DNA from: an uncultured Leptospirales bacterium
Lineage (GTDB): Bacteria > Spirochaetota > UBA4802 > UBA5550
Assembly (NCBI GenBank): GCA_964439325.1
Contig: CAYTNW010000008.1
Location: 69,440-133,439 of the forward strand
DNA length: 64,000 nucleotides
Direction of reading: 5' to 3'
Part shown: one piece after another, positions 40,207 through 50,015 of the stretch
Numbering within the stretch: the stretch's first letter is position 1
Layout of the letters: each line of letters opens with the position of its first letter
Program-made: the position numbers and the translations under genes
The notes under the pieces: generated by a model
Seen by the model: only the letters and a program-made list of their open reading frames with translations
Databases searched by the model: none
Told to the model about the DNA's origin: nothing

Positions 40207-42549
40207 ATGTCGTTTATTGATGTAAGAACACTTCTGATCATTTATACTGTTATCACAGTTCTGTGTTTCCTTGTGATGTTTTTTTTATGGAGACAGAACC
40301 GCAGGCATTCGCCGGAGATCATTTACTGGCTGACCGATTATGCGATGCAATTCATCGCTCTTGTTTTAATTCTTCTGCGCGGCAGGATACCGGATTTCCT
40401 GTCCATTGTAGCGGCAAATTCGTTAATAATCTGCGGTATGATAGTATTTTATATAGGCCTTGAAAAATATGTTAAAAAAACAAGCCGTCATCTCCACCTT
40501 TACCTGGCGGCGCTGTTTTTTACCCTGCTGCAGTTCTATTTTACAACAGCTAATCCATCTCATGCAATGCGTTATATAAATCTCTCGGCGGCATTTTTAT
40601 ATATAAGTCTGCACGGTTCGATTCTTATGCTGAGAAGAACCGGACCTGAAATGCGTAATGAGACAAGGGCTACCGGTATCGTTCTGGTTTTTTTCTGTAT
40701 TGTGAATATTTCTCATATCATTATCAACCTGTCGATGAATGTCAGGGATGATCTGTTTGAAGCGGGCCTTTTTGATGCCATTACGCTGCTTGAATATCAG
40801 CTGCTTTTTATTCTGATGACATTTGCGCTGATACTAATGGTGAGCAGGAGGCTGCTCACAAAACTTGAGGTTGAGCTCGAGGAGCGGGTTACGGCGGAAG
40901 AGGAGCTGAAGAACAGCAGGCAGCGGTTTCAGTCACTGGTGGAAACACTTAGTGATTTTGTATGGGAGGTGGATCCTCTCGGGCACTACACCTATGTGAG
41001 CCCCCAGATAAAAAATATACTCGGTTACGATCCGGAAGAGATACTTGGTAAAACTCCGGCTGAACTGATGGACCCGAAAGAGGCAGATGCTGTCTGGAAG
41101 GCTTTTACAGAACTGGCATCAGTAAAAAAACAGGTCTTTGCCCTTGAAAATGTTAACATTCATAAAGACGGCCGCAGGGTGGTACTGGAAACCAACGGCA
41201 TGCCGTTTGTTGATGCTGAAGGCAGCCTGAAAGGATACCGGGGAACTGACCGGGACATCTCAGCACGTAAGAGGGCGGAGGAGGCACTTCTGCGAAGCGA
41301 GGAGAAGTTCTCCAGGGCCTTTCAGATCTCCAATGTCGGGATTGTAATAACAAGGATCAGAGACGGAAAAATCCTTGAAGTCAACGATGCCTTCGCTTCA
41401 TTACTCGGTTTTTCCAGGGATGAGATAATCGATAATACCTCACTGAAACTGAACAGCTGGGTCAATCCAGAAGACAGGAAACAGCTGATGTCTGAAATCG
41501 GCAACGGGAAATCGGTATACGGCCGTGAGTATCTTTTACGGAAAAGGAACGGTGAGATTCTTACGGTTCTGTTCTCCGCACACGCCATTTACCTGGACGG
41601 CGAGCTCTGCATGCTTTCAAATATAAACAATATAACAGACCGAAAAATGGCTGAAGAGGAGCTGCATAAACAGAAACGTTTTCTGTCAGACCTCATTGAG
41701 TATAACGGCGCCCTTGTGAGCATCAAGGACGTAGACAGCAGATATATACTTGTAAACAGGATGTGGGAGGAGAAAACAGGCCTGGACCGTAAGGATGTTA
41801 TAGGCAGGACCGATGAAGAGCTGTTTCCCGGAGAGACAGGCAGGCAGCTCCGGAAGAATGATCTTGAAGTGCTTGAATCGGGAAACGTAATCGAGAAAGA
41901 GGAGATAATCGCCGACGGCATAGGGAAACGCATTTTTCTCAGTATAAAATTTCCTCTCCGGAGCGATAACGGAGCAATCGAAGGACTTTGCGGGATGTTT
42001 AACGACATTACTGAACGGAAAGAAAACGAGGAAAAGATAAGGCACCTCGCCACGCATGATGTACTGACGGATCTTCCGAGCATGAGGCTCGCTAACGACA
42101 GGCTGGCTATGGCACTGAGTAATGCAAACAGACATAAAAACAGGATTGCAGTTATGTTCATCGATCTTGACGGATTCAAGAATATAAATGACACATCGGG
42201 CCACAATGCCGGAGATTTTGTTCTGAAGCAGGTGGCACAGCGTCTTCTCGGATGTGTGCGCTCCACCGATACGGTCGCACGCGTCGGCGGTGATGAATTC
42301 CTGCTTGTAATCACCGAGATCCATTCGTTTGATGATGCTGCAAAGATCGCTGAATCGGTGCTTGATTCCATTTCACAGCCGATTATTTTTGAAGACAGAC
42401 AGCTGAAGGTGGGTGCAAGCCTGGGGATCGCGGTTTATCCGGATCACGGCAGGGATATAAAGCGGCTTATTAAAAATGCGGATGAAGCGATGTACAGGGT
42501 TAAGGGTTCAGGAAAGAATAACTACTGTTTCTCCGGAGTTTTGATATAG
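40207..42549 (+). CDS. Membrane-bound diguanylate cyclase with three PAS domains
   Basis: About seven TM helices and three PAS/PAC repeats, then HDVLTDLP, FIDLDGFKNIND, GHNAGD, RSTD (I-site) and RVGGDEF. Confidence 0.95.
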   Translation: MSFIDVRTLLIIYTVITVLCFLVMFFLWRQNRRHSPEIIYWLTDYAMQFIALVLILLRGRIPDFLSIVAANSLIICGMIVFYIGLEKYVKKTSRHLHLYLAALFFTLLQFYFTTANPSHAMRYINLSAAFLYISLHGSILMLRRTGPEMRNETRATGIVLVFFCIVNISHIIINLSMNVRDDLFEAGLFDAITLLEYQLLFILMTFALILMVSRRLLTKLEVELEERVTAEEELKNSRQRFQSLVETLSDFVWEVDPLGHYTYVSPQIKNILGYDPEEILGKTPAELMDPKEADAVWKAFTELASVKKQVFALENVNIHKDGRRVVLETNGMPFVDAEGSLKGYRGTDRDISARKRAEEALLRSEEKFSRAFQISNVGIVITRIRDGKILEVNDAFASLLGFSRDEIIDNTSLKLNSWVNPEDRKQLMSEIGNGKSVYGREYLLRKRNGEILTVLFSAHAIYLDGELCMLSNINNITDRKMAEEELHKQKRFLSDLIEYNGALVSIKDVDSRYILVNRMWEEKTGLDRKDVIGRTDEELFPGETGRQLRKNDLEVLESGNVIEKEEIIADGIGKRIFLSIKFPLRSDNGAIEGLCGMFNDITERKENEEKIRHLATHDVLTDLPSMRLANDRLAMALSNANRHKNRIAVMFIDLDGFKNINDTSGHNAGDFVLKQVAQRLLGCVRSTDTVARVGGDEFLLVITEIHSFDDAAKIAESVLDSISQPIIFEDRQLKVGASLGIAVYPDHGRDIKRLIKNADEAMYRVKGSGKNNYCFSGVLI

Positions 42550-43065
42550 CTGGTTTAAAAGAGAAAATGCGGCGGATTGTTTAATTGTAAATCTGTTAAA
42601 ATCCGGCACCGTATTACGTCGCATTACCGGTTTGACGATTAGAGGCCGGGGCCAAAAATAAGCGTTATTAGTGAGTTTTTGTGTTGACTGTTATCGTGAT
42701 AATTAAGTATTTTATACAAAATATAACCTTAATCAGGAAGTTTGAGCACAGACAGAAATACGAATATAAGCCGGCATATACCTCTTGCAAGATAGATCCC
42801 GAAGAAATAATTTTCAGTAATACAGGCTGAAGAAGATTCAACTCCCGGGGAGTTCTCCAGAAGAAACAAAAAATCCTAATGGAGGTATATCAGGAAACCG
42901 GATATTATTTCTGATTCAATCGTGTTTCTCTGTATTCTGTGAAAATAGAAGTAAACAAAAAACCTGATAAGTGAAAATCTCTTTTAAGAGACAAAGCCCC
43001 TCCTGCAGCACCGATTTACGGGCTCTGTTCTTTAAAGGATATTTTCCGGAATAAAAATATAAATA

Positions 43066-45810
43066 ATGCGGATAACTGAATATATGAATTTTTTTAAAAA
43101 GTCAAAAGTGACAGGGCGGCCGGCCGGCCTCTATAAAAAGTATGCCGTTGTCTCGCTGATCATTTTGCTTTTCGTAGCGGTCGATATTAATATAGCAATT
43201 TCACAGAGTATGGTTGACCTCCTGCAGGGCAACCATACGGTCGGAGAGAATACGGCCGGCGGGAAGACTGATATTATCAAAACTCTCCAGAATCTCAAGG
43301 GTAAAAACGGAAACCCTGCCTCAACATCGATTAATACAAAACCGGACAACCAGAACCAGCAGAGTGCTGTTAATAACGCTGTAACAAACGGCAACGTGGA
43401 GCCGCCGGTTTTCATGGAAGAAGAGGAGCCTCTTTCAAAGATTGAGGAAACCTATAATTCATTGCTGGATGATGAGAACAAGGCCAAACTGAATGAAGAA
43501 AACATTATTAAGCCTGATACCGGCAAGAAGATAAGACAGTTCGGGTATGAATATTTTAAAAGGGCTGTCCCGGACAACTTCCTCCCAGTAGGTGACGGAT
43601 ACAAGGTGGGGCCGGGGGATACCATCTCGATCTATTTCTGGGGGGATCCGGTTGATATACTCGGTCTTAACGGCTTTTATACAATAACCGTGGACAGGGA
43701 CGGGAAGATATTTGTTCCGAATCTTGGCGTATTTTATGTATGGGGACTGGATATTCTCAGCATAAAAGATATTGTTCACAAATCGCTGGCGAAGAAATTC
43801 AAAAGGTTTGAAATAGCTCTGACCCTCGGGCAGCTTCGCCAGTTCCCTGTATATGTATCCGGCTATGTAAACAGACCCGGTGTGGTGCAGTCGCTGGGGA
43901 CCTATACTATAATGGATGTTCTGGTGCAGTCCGGCGGTATAGCCCGCAACGGGAGTCTCAGAAATATAGAGATTGTAAGAAAAGGGGAGAAAGGGTACGT
44001 CCGGATAAAGGTGGACCTCTACAACCTTTTTATTAAGGGTGAGCTTGCGAATGTTCCGGTGAAAGAGGGAGACAGTATCCTTGTCAACATGATCGGCAAA
44101 ACCGCGGCGGTCGCGGGCGATATAAAGAGGCCCGCTATATACGAAATTTTTGATAACGAGTCTGTTAAAGACGCTATAGAATACGCAGGGGGGCTCTCTT
44201 TTTCGGCCTACAATACAAGCGCAAGACACTTCCGCTTTGAAAATGACAGGGTAAAGGTCTATGAGGGGTCTCTGGCCGACAGCGGGTTTTCCCAGAAAAA
44301 ACTTTCAGATGGAGACTGTATTTCAATTCAGGGAGTAAACAATTCACTTGATAACCAGATCACGGTAGAGGGATACATCAAATATCCCGGCAGCTTTGAA
44401 TGGAAGAAGGGGGCCAGGCTCAGCGAAATACTCCGCAAGGCGGAACTTCTCCCCGATACCGATGCAGGTGTTGCGGATATCAGACGAATCGATTCATTGG
44501 AGGTGGTAAGCTTTTCACCGGCAGGGATTCTTTCCGGAAACGGAGATATTGAGCTCAGGAGAAGGGATGTTATAACTTTCTACCCCAGGTGGCTCAATGA
44601 ACCGGTGCATATATCGGGAGAGGTTGAGGAATCGAGGATTGTACCCTTTTATAACGGGCTTCTGCTCCTGGATGCGATGAAACAGATAAAGATTAAAAAA
44701 GATCCGGCCCTTCTGAAGGCTGAGATATTTTCTTCCAACCGGCAGATAATGAATAATATTAATATGCAGAAAAACAAAACCGGTAAAGACATCATTCAGC
44801 CGAAGAATAAAACTGTAACCGCCGGGACCATCCAGATTGACCAGGGTGCTTTTGACGGGCAGCTGCAGGATAATCAGATGCAGACAATCAAACCGATTGA
44901 AAGTAAAAAGAAGATATACCTTACAGATCTCCTTCTGCATGGAGACCCCGAAGCGAACATCCCCCTTGAACCTGGGGATAAAATCGTGATCAGAAGCGTT
45001 GAGAGCAACGAAAAGAACAAAACTGTGACAATCCTCGGCGAGGTCAGCAGACCAGGCGTTTACAGATATAAACCGGGAGATAAACTTTCCGATATAATTG
45101 AAGAGGCCGGCGGTTATTCCGATACAGCTTATCCACGCGGACTGATCTTTACAAGGCGTAATGCTCAGAAACTTCAGCTGAACCAGATAAACATCACGAT
45201 GATGTCTATGGAGGAGTATGCCGCAAAGAGCAGCGCGGGGCTCGGTGCTGCCGGAGGAAATGAGGAGGAGAAGAGCATCATTACAATGATGATGAAGCAG
45301 CAGGAGGAGATGCTCACGCTGATTAAGAGAAAATCGACTATGGCGCTAGGCCGTCTTGCGCTGGAGATCCCGTTTGATCTTCAGGGACTTAAAGAATCAA
45401 AGGACAACATAACTCTTGTTGAGGACGATTATATCTTTGTACCGGCAAAACCCAACTATGTTCTTGTGCTCGGTAATGTGTACAACCAGATATCGATGCC
45501 TCATGTCAAGGGGAAGACGGTGGGAAGATACCTTGATGATGTTGGAGGGCCGGCAAAAAGTTCTGACCTCAGCAGTATATATGTAATAAAGGCCAACGGC
45601 AAGATTATCTCCCGTGAGAGCTATGAATACCGGTACGGCTACACTATGTCGCTGTTCAGAAATATCGAACGGCTGGAGCTGGAGGAGGGAGATGCCGTTG
45701 TCGTGCCGTTCGAGATAAATATACCTGTTATGTGGAGGCCGATGCTCCGCGATATAACGCAGATAATATTCCAGTCGCTGTCGTCGCTTGTACTTGCGAG
45801 CAAACTGTGA
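43066..45810 (+). CDS. Polysaccharide export protein with multiple SLBB domains (Wza/KpsD-like)
   Basis: QFGYEYF, YKVGPGD, VSGYVNRPG, repeated G(E/D)(V/I)xRP(G/A)xY and AGG motifs, and LEEGDAVVVP. Confidence 0.9.
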   Translation: MRITEYMNFFKKSKVTGRPAGLYKKYAVVSLIILLFVAVDINIAISQSMVDLLQGNHTVGENTAGGKTDIIKTLQNLKGKNGNPASTSINTKPDNQNQQSAVNNAVTNGNVEPPVFMEEEEPLSKIEETYNSLLDDENKAKLNEENIIKPDTGKKIRQFGYEYFKRAVPDNFLPVGDGYKVGPGDTISIYFWGDPVDILGLNGFYTITVDRDGKIFVPNLGVFYVWGLDILSIKDIVHKSLAKKFKRFEIALTLGQLRQFPVYVSGYVNRPGVVQSLGTYTIMDVLVQSGGIARNGSLRNIEIVRKGEKGYVRIKVDLYNLFIKGELANVPVKEGDSILVNMIGKTAAVAGDIKRPAIYEIFDNESVKDAIEYAGGLSFSAYNTSARHFRFENDRVKVYEGSLADSGFSQKKLSDGDCISIQGVNNSLDNQITVEGYIKYPGSFEWKKGARLSEILRKAELLPDTDAGVADIRRIDSLEVVSFSPAGILSGNGDIELRRRDVITFYPRWLNEPVHISGEVEESRIVPFYNGLLLLDAMKQIKIKKDPALLKAEIFSSNRQIMNNINMQKNKTGKDIIQPKNKTVTAGTIQIDQGAFDGQLQDNQMQTIKPIESKKKIYLTDLLLHGDPEANIPLEPGDKIVIRSVESNEKNKTVTILGEVSRPGVYRYKPGDKLSDIIEEAGGYSDTAYPRGLIFTRRNAQKLQLNQINITMMSMEEYAAKSSAGLGAAGGNEEEKSIITMMMKQQEEMLTLIKRKSTMALGRLALEIPFDLQGLKESKDNITLVEDDYIFVPAKPNYVLVLGNVYNQISMPHVKGKTVGRYLDDVGGPAKSSDLSSIYVIKANGKIISRESYEYRYGYTMSLFRNIERLELEEGDAVVVPFEINIPVMWRPMLRDITQIIFQSLSSLVLASKL

Positions 45811-47002
45811 GGATATGATGAAGAGAAAAACGGCGCAGGAGAGTATAGCGGTTCCGGAATTTACCCGGCCTGAGATATATGAGGATGAGATAGATCTTCT
45901 TCAGCTGTGGAACACAATATGGTCAAACAGAAAATTTATCACTTATTTTACAGGAGCGGCGGTTATTCTGACAATAATCATCTCTCTGCTTATCAGCAAC
46001 AAGTATCTCGCTGAATCGACGATCCTCCCCGTTGCATCCAGCGGCTCGGGGATCCTTGGTGACCTTGCAGGGATGGCCTCGCTTGCAGGGATAAATGTCG
46101 GCGGGAATTCAGATAATTCGGCCAAGGTAATGATTGTGGCAAAAAGCCGCACAGTGAAAGAGCAGGTAATAAACGAACTGGGACTTGTTAAAATTATAGT
46201 GGATAAAGTTCCCGATAAACGTGATCCAATGCAGTATACCCTGGAGAAGTTTGATGACCTTCTAAATGTCAGCTCGGACAAGAAGACAGGGCTGATAACC
46301 ATAGGGTTTGAATGGAAAGACCCGAAACTTGCCGCGGATATTGTGAACAGGTATGTAAAGGCTATACAGGACGTACTGGAGATAAAAGCACTCAATATAA
46401 ACAAGATGGAAAGGATCTTCTATGAGAAAAAACTCAAGGAAGAGAAGGCCAAATTTTCGCAGCAGAAACATACGATGGCTGCATTTCAGAAAAGAAGCAA
46501 GATGATCGAGCCTGTTGAACAGGCAAAGGGTACAATGAGCCTCTACAGCACTCTTATGGCTCAGAAGATAGCGCTTGAACTGCAGATGCAGGGACTTGAA
46601 TCTGCGCTGTCGGCAGATAATCCGAGGCTTACGGCTCTAAAGGAGCAGATTGCGGCTATCAACAGAAAGATTCAGTCTATAGAGGGGAATACCAATGAGG
46701 GTGCTATTATATCTCTGGGGAACGCTCCGGACAAGATGGTGGAGTATACCGATATCCTGGAGGGTGTAAAAGTATCCGGGGGTGTATATGAAACCCTGGC
46801 GAAGCTCTATGAGAAATCAAAACTTGATGAAGCGAAAGACAACCTTTATGTTGAAGTCATAGATCCGGCGATTCCGCCTGACAAAAAATCAAAGCCCAAG
46901 AGGGCTTTAATGGTCATCGTTGCAGGTATGACTTCATCCTTTTTTTCGATATTTATTGTATTTTGCATGCAGTGGATTGACTCTGTCAAAAGAAAGAATT
47001 AA
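45788..47002 (+). CDS. Wzz/GumC-like chain-length regulator without a kinase domain
   Basis: DEIDLLQLWNTIW, two TM helices, a coiled coil and VIDPAIPPDKKSKPKR. Confidence 0.88.
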   Translation: MYLRANCEDMMKRKTAQESIAVPEFTRPEIYEDEIDLLQLWNTIWSNRKFITYFTGAAVILTIIISLLISNKYLAESTILPVASSGSGILGDLAGMASLAGINVGGNSDNSAKVMIVAKSRTVKEQVINELGLVKIIVDKVPDKRDPMQYTLEKFDDLLNVSSDKKTGLITIGFEWKDPKLAADIVNRYVKAIQDVLEIKALNINKMERIFYEKKLKEEKAKFSQQKHTMAAFQKRSKMIEPVEQAKGTMSLYSTLMAQKIALELQMQGLESALSADNPRLTALKEQIAAINRKIQSIEGNTNEGAIISLGNAPDKMVEYTDILEGVKVSGGVYETLAKLYEKSKLDEAKDNLYVEVIDPAIPPDKKSKPKRALMVIVAGMTSSFFSIFIVFCMQWIDSVKRKN

Positions 47003-47025
47003 CATGGAGATAGGGGGGAATTCCA

Positions 47026-48504
47026 GTGATCGGTAAATCGAGCTATATTATCGTATTTATATCAGCATTGGCTATTTCAGGTATTCTTGTTCCTTTTATA
47101 ATATTAATCTGTAAAAAATTCAATTTTTTTGACAGAATTGATGAACGGAAAAACCATAAGCACCAGGTGGGGAGGCTCGGCGGAGTAGGGATTGTAGCCT
47201 CTTTTTCAGCGGTTTTCTATTTTTTTATCAGGGAATATATACCTGTAGGAATTTCAGTAGGCTTTATATCAGCCTCTTTTATGCTGATTTTTTTGATGGG
47301 CTTCATAGATGACCTCAGGGGCCTGCGGGTCAGGTATAAGCTGTTTGCTCAGATTCTGGCCTCCTCCCTTGCCGTATATGGAGGGGTATGCCTCCCGGTG
47401 GTTGAATCCTTTAATATTGTTACAGAATACTCCATATATATTGATCCCGTTCTGACTGTGTTCTGGATTCTGGCTTTTATGAATGCGGTGAACCTTATTG
47501 ACGGAATGGATGGTCTTTCGTCGGGGATAGTTTTGACGGCCCTTGTTTTTTTTGCCGCAGTGGGTATACACAGCGGAAATTCCCTGCTGATTATGATCTC
47601 GATGGCTCTGGCCGGCAGTGTAGCCGGGTTTTTTATCTATAACTTTCATCCAGCGAAAATTTTTCTCGGTGACGCGGGCGCTTACTGCATCGGTTTTATT
47701 CTGGCGCTGATATTTCCCGTCTGTTTTGACGGTATAGTCAGCCTTAAAGTGACCCTTGTCCCTGTGGTGATTTTTCTTATCCCTTTCATGGATGTAGCCC
47801 AGGTGGTCACAAGACGTTTATGGCTGAAGACCGGCATTTTCAGGGCAGACAACAATCATATCCATCACAAGCTCCTTGCCGCCGGTTATAACTGCATCAG
47901 CGTGCTGGGGATTATCAGTTCAATAGGTGTAATTTTCGGATGCCTGGGAGTACTGGTCTGGAGAGAGAACAGCGTCTCATGTTTTTATATCTTTATTGTT
48001 ACCTTTATATTTGTATCGATTCTGCTTTTCAAACTCTCTTCAATTGAAGACCGTACAATCAAGCTGTCGAGCCTGGCTGAACCCGGATTCAAATGGTGGA
48101 AGCAGAGCCTGAGGTTTTATTCCGAAAGCGTCTTTATCAGCACGTTAAACGTCAACGGCAGAAAGAAGTCTCTGGTGGGCAACGTCTATGACCTCTCCAC
48201 CGACGGTTTTTTTTATGCCACAGATGCCGTCCTCAATCCTGAAGACAGGCTTTCGATTATTCTGATGTTCATAGACAGAAAGCCTCTGAGGCTTACCGCC
48301 GAGGTCGTATGGACAAATACAAAGCCGAACTCAAATTCTCTGCCGAAAGGATACGGCTGCTGTTTTGTCGGGATAAAAGCCCTTGCGCGTAAAAGAATTA
48401 AATATCATCTGATTTCCAACAAGGCCCCTCTGAGGCTCAGGGTTAAAAAAGAGGAGAGGCCTGCGTCAGTTATAAGAATAATTTCCGGGGGTAGGGTTTT
48501 ATAG
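47026..48504 (+). CDS. wecA: WecA/MraY-family undecaprenyl-phosphate GlcNAc-1-P transferase with a C-terminal PilZ-like domain
   Basis: RLGGVGI, GFIDD, NAVNLIDGMDGL, IFLGDAG and HIHHKL; tail KQSLR...DLSTDG...AEVVW...GYGCCF. Confidence 0.88.
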   Translation: MIGKSSYIIVFISALAISGILVPFIILICKKFNFFDRIDERKNHKHQVGRLGGVGIVASFSAVFYFFIREYIPVGISVGFISASFMLIFLMGFIDDLRGLRVRYKLFAQILASSLAVYGGVCLPVVESFNIVTEYSIYIDPVLTVFWILAFMNAVNLIDGMDGLSSGIVLTALVFFAAVGIHSGNSLLIMISMALAGSVAGFFIYNFHPAKIFLGDAGAYCIGFILALIFPVCFDGIVSLKVTLVPVVIFLIPFMDVAQVVTRRLWLKTGIFRADNNHIHHKLLAAGYNCISVLGIISSIGVIFGCLGVLVWRENSVSCFYIFIVTFIFVSILLFKLSSIEDRTIKLSSLAEPGFKWWKQSLRFYSESVFISTLNVNGRKKSLVGNVYDLSTDGFFYATDAVLNPEDRLSIILMFIDRKPLRLTAEVVWTNTKPNSNSLPKGYGCCFVGIKALARKRIKYHLISNKAPLRLRVKKEERPASVIRIISGGRVL

Positions 48505-48550
48505 CATAACCTGTACCCGCTCCGCATTAAATGGCAGATAAATAATCCTG

Positions 48551-48620
48551 CATCGTGGCCCATCCGCTTTTAATCCGTGTCAATCGAGCGGAGCGGGCGG
48601 AAAAATGAGTGACCGCAGAT
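48551..48620. repeat. Direct-repeat copy 1 flanking the MNT-HEPN pair
   Basis: Core TTTAATCCGTGTCAATCGAGCGGAGCGGGCGG at 48569-48600. Confidence 0.9.
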
Positions 48621-48759
48621 AAAAGAAAAGACAGACTTTAAAATACCAGACCTTTGAGCCCATGTGTACGATGAGTATTTAAATGGCAGGATTTTTCAAT
48701 TGACATTCGGATTCTTATTCTGCCATTTAATAATCGGGAATATATCAGGAAGGTGCATA

Positions 48760-49086
48760 ATGTATTCATCAAAGGACATAAATAATATAACAGATATTGT
48801 TTTAAGGAAAATGAAAGATGTTGTCAGTATCTATCTTTTTGGAAGTTATGCTAAAGGTACAGCACGTGATGACAGCGATATTGATATAGCGATTCTTTTA
48901 AAAAAATTACCTGACTGGCGTGAGCGTAAAAATGTTTTGAATCAGATTTATAATGAAGCAGGGGTATTCAATTACAATGTGGATTTTCTTATTAAATCTA
49001 AAGATAGCTTTGAAAGTGAAAAAACACTGCCGACGTTGTCACGTGTTATAGAAAGAGAAGGTAAACTTTTGTGGACAAAAAAATAG
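48760..49086 (+). CDS. Minimal nucleotidyltransferase (MNT) antitoxin
   Basis: YLFGSYAKG...SDIDIA. Start placed at ATG 48760 after GGAAGG. Confidence 0.9.
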   Translation: MYSSKDINNITDIVLRKMKDVVSIYLFGSYAKGTARDDSDIDIAILLKKLPDWRERKNVLNQIYNEAGVFNYNVDFLIKSKDSFESEKTLPTLSRVIEREGKLLWTKK

Positions 49087-49478
49087 AAGAACTTATCTCT
49101 CAATGGATTATTAAAGCAGATAATGATTACAAAACTATTGTTAACGAAATGTCATCCAAAGAGCCTGTAACGGATTCAATTTGTTATCATGCACAACAGG
49201 GTGTTGAGAAATATTTGAAGACTTTTCTTGTAAAAAACGGGATAGAACCTTTGAAGACTCATAATATAGCATTTCTACGTAGAGAATGTGAAAAAATTGA
49301 TCCGGATTTTTCTTCATTGAGTAATCTGGATTACCTTTCGGACTACGCAGTTGAATTAAGATATCCTGATAGTTTTTATATACCATCACTTGAAGAAGCA
49401 AAAGAAGCTTATGAAGATGCATTAAAAGCCAGAAGTTTTATTAAAACAAAAATTATAGATAATTTGCCGAAGGATTAA
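49071..49478 (+). CDS. HEPN domain protein (toxin partner)
   Basis: CYHAQQGVEKYLK, KTHNI and LRYP. Overlaps the MNT stop. Confidence 0.9.
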   Translation: MDKKIEELISQWIIKADNDYKTIVNEMSSKEPVTDSICYHAQQGVEKYLKTFLVKNGIEPLKTHNIAFLRRECEKIDPDFSSLSNLDYLSDYAVELRYPDSFYIPSLEEAKEAYEDALKARSFIKTKIIDNLPKD

Positions 49479-49485
49479 AATAATT

Positions 49486-49556
49486 CATCTGTGTCCATCC
49501 TGCTTTAATCCGTGTCAATCGAGCAGAGCGGGCGGTAAAAAAGATAGCCACAGATG
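49486..49556. repeat. Direct-repeat copy 2 flanking the MNT-HEPN pair
   Basis: Core at 49504-49535 matches copy 1 at 31 of 32 bases and is bracketed by the inverted repeat CATCTGTG/CACAGATG. Confidence 0.9.
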
Positions 49557-49619
49557 TTGTTTTTATTAAATTTAGTAACGTAATCCCGCATTCCACTTGA
49601 CAAAAAGTTTATATTCTAA

Positions 49620-49642
49620 TTTTGTTCAATACATGAACAAAA
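49620..49642. promoter_or_regulatory. Perfect dyad over the MarR start codon (candidate operator)
   Basis: TTTTGTTCA-ATACA-TGAACAAAA, just downstream of TTGACA at 49597. Confidence 0.6.
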
Positions 49643-49974
49643 CATCTGAAAACATCTCCATAGAAGATACTTACCTGATTTTCAAGTCGATTGAGAAAGA
49701 GAATATTTCGACACAGCGTGATTTTGCCGGTAAACTCGGATACAGCCTGGGGAAGGTGAATTATCTGGTAAAAGCCCTTATGGAGAAAGGCCTTATAAAG
49801 ATTGAAAATTTTTCCAAAAGCAATAACAAACTCGGATACAGATACGTTCTGACACCGCATGGTATAAATGAAAAATACCGTATCACTGCTGATTTTCTGA
49901 AAAGGAAAGAGGCGGAGTTTATAAAAATGCAGGTTGAGATTGAGGAGCTGAGACGGGAAATGGAGCAGACGTAA
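49633..49974 (+). CDS. EPS-associated MarR-family transcriptional regulator
   Basis: STQRDFAGKLGYSLGKVNY...ENFSKSNNKLGYRYVLTPHGI...FLKRK. Located in a polysaccharide locus. Confidence 0.92.
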   Translation: MNKTSENISIEDTYLIFKSIEKENISTQRDFAGKLGYSLGKVNYLVKALMEKGLIKIENFSKSNNKLGYRYVLTPHGINEKYRITADFLKRKEAEFIKMQVEIEELRREMEQT

Positions 49975-50015
49975 ATGGTACACGGGTAAAAGCAGTTGTA
50001 TTATAAAATTAAAAC

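Noticed and set aside
42965-43030. c-di-GMP-I riboswitch-like GAGACAAAGCCC in the polysaccharide leader
   Set aside because: It lacks the GNRA loop and the conserved GCAAA/receptor elements.
42550-43066. ops/JUMPstart element before the polysaccharide operon
   Set aside because: No GGCGGTAGnnTG match was found.
48551-49556. Integron attC sites
   Set aside because: There are no RYYYAAC/GTTRRRY ends and no integrase in the window. The repeats are reported instead as an unexplained direct-repeat cassette.
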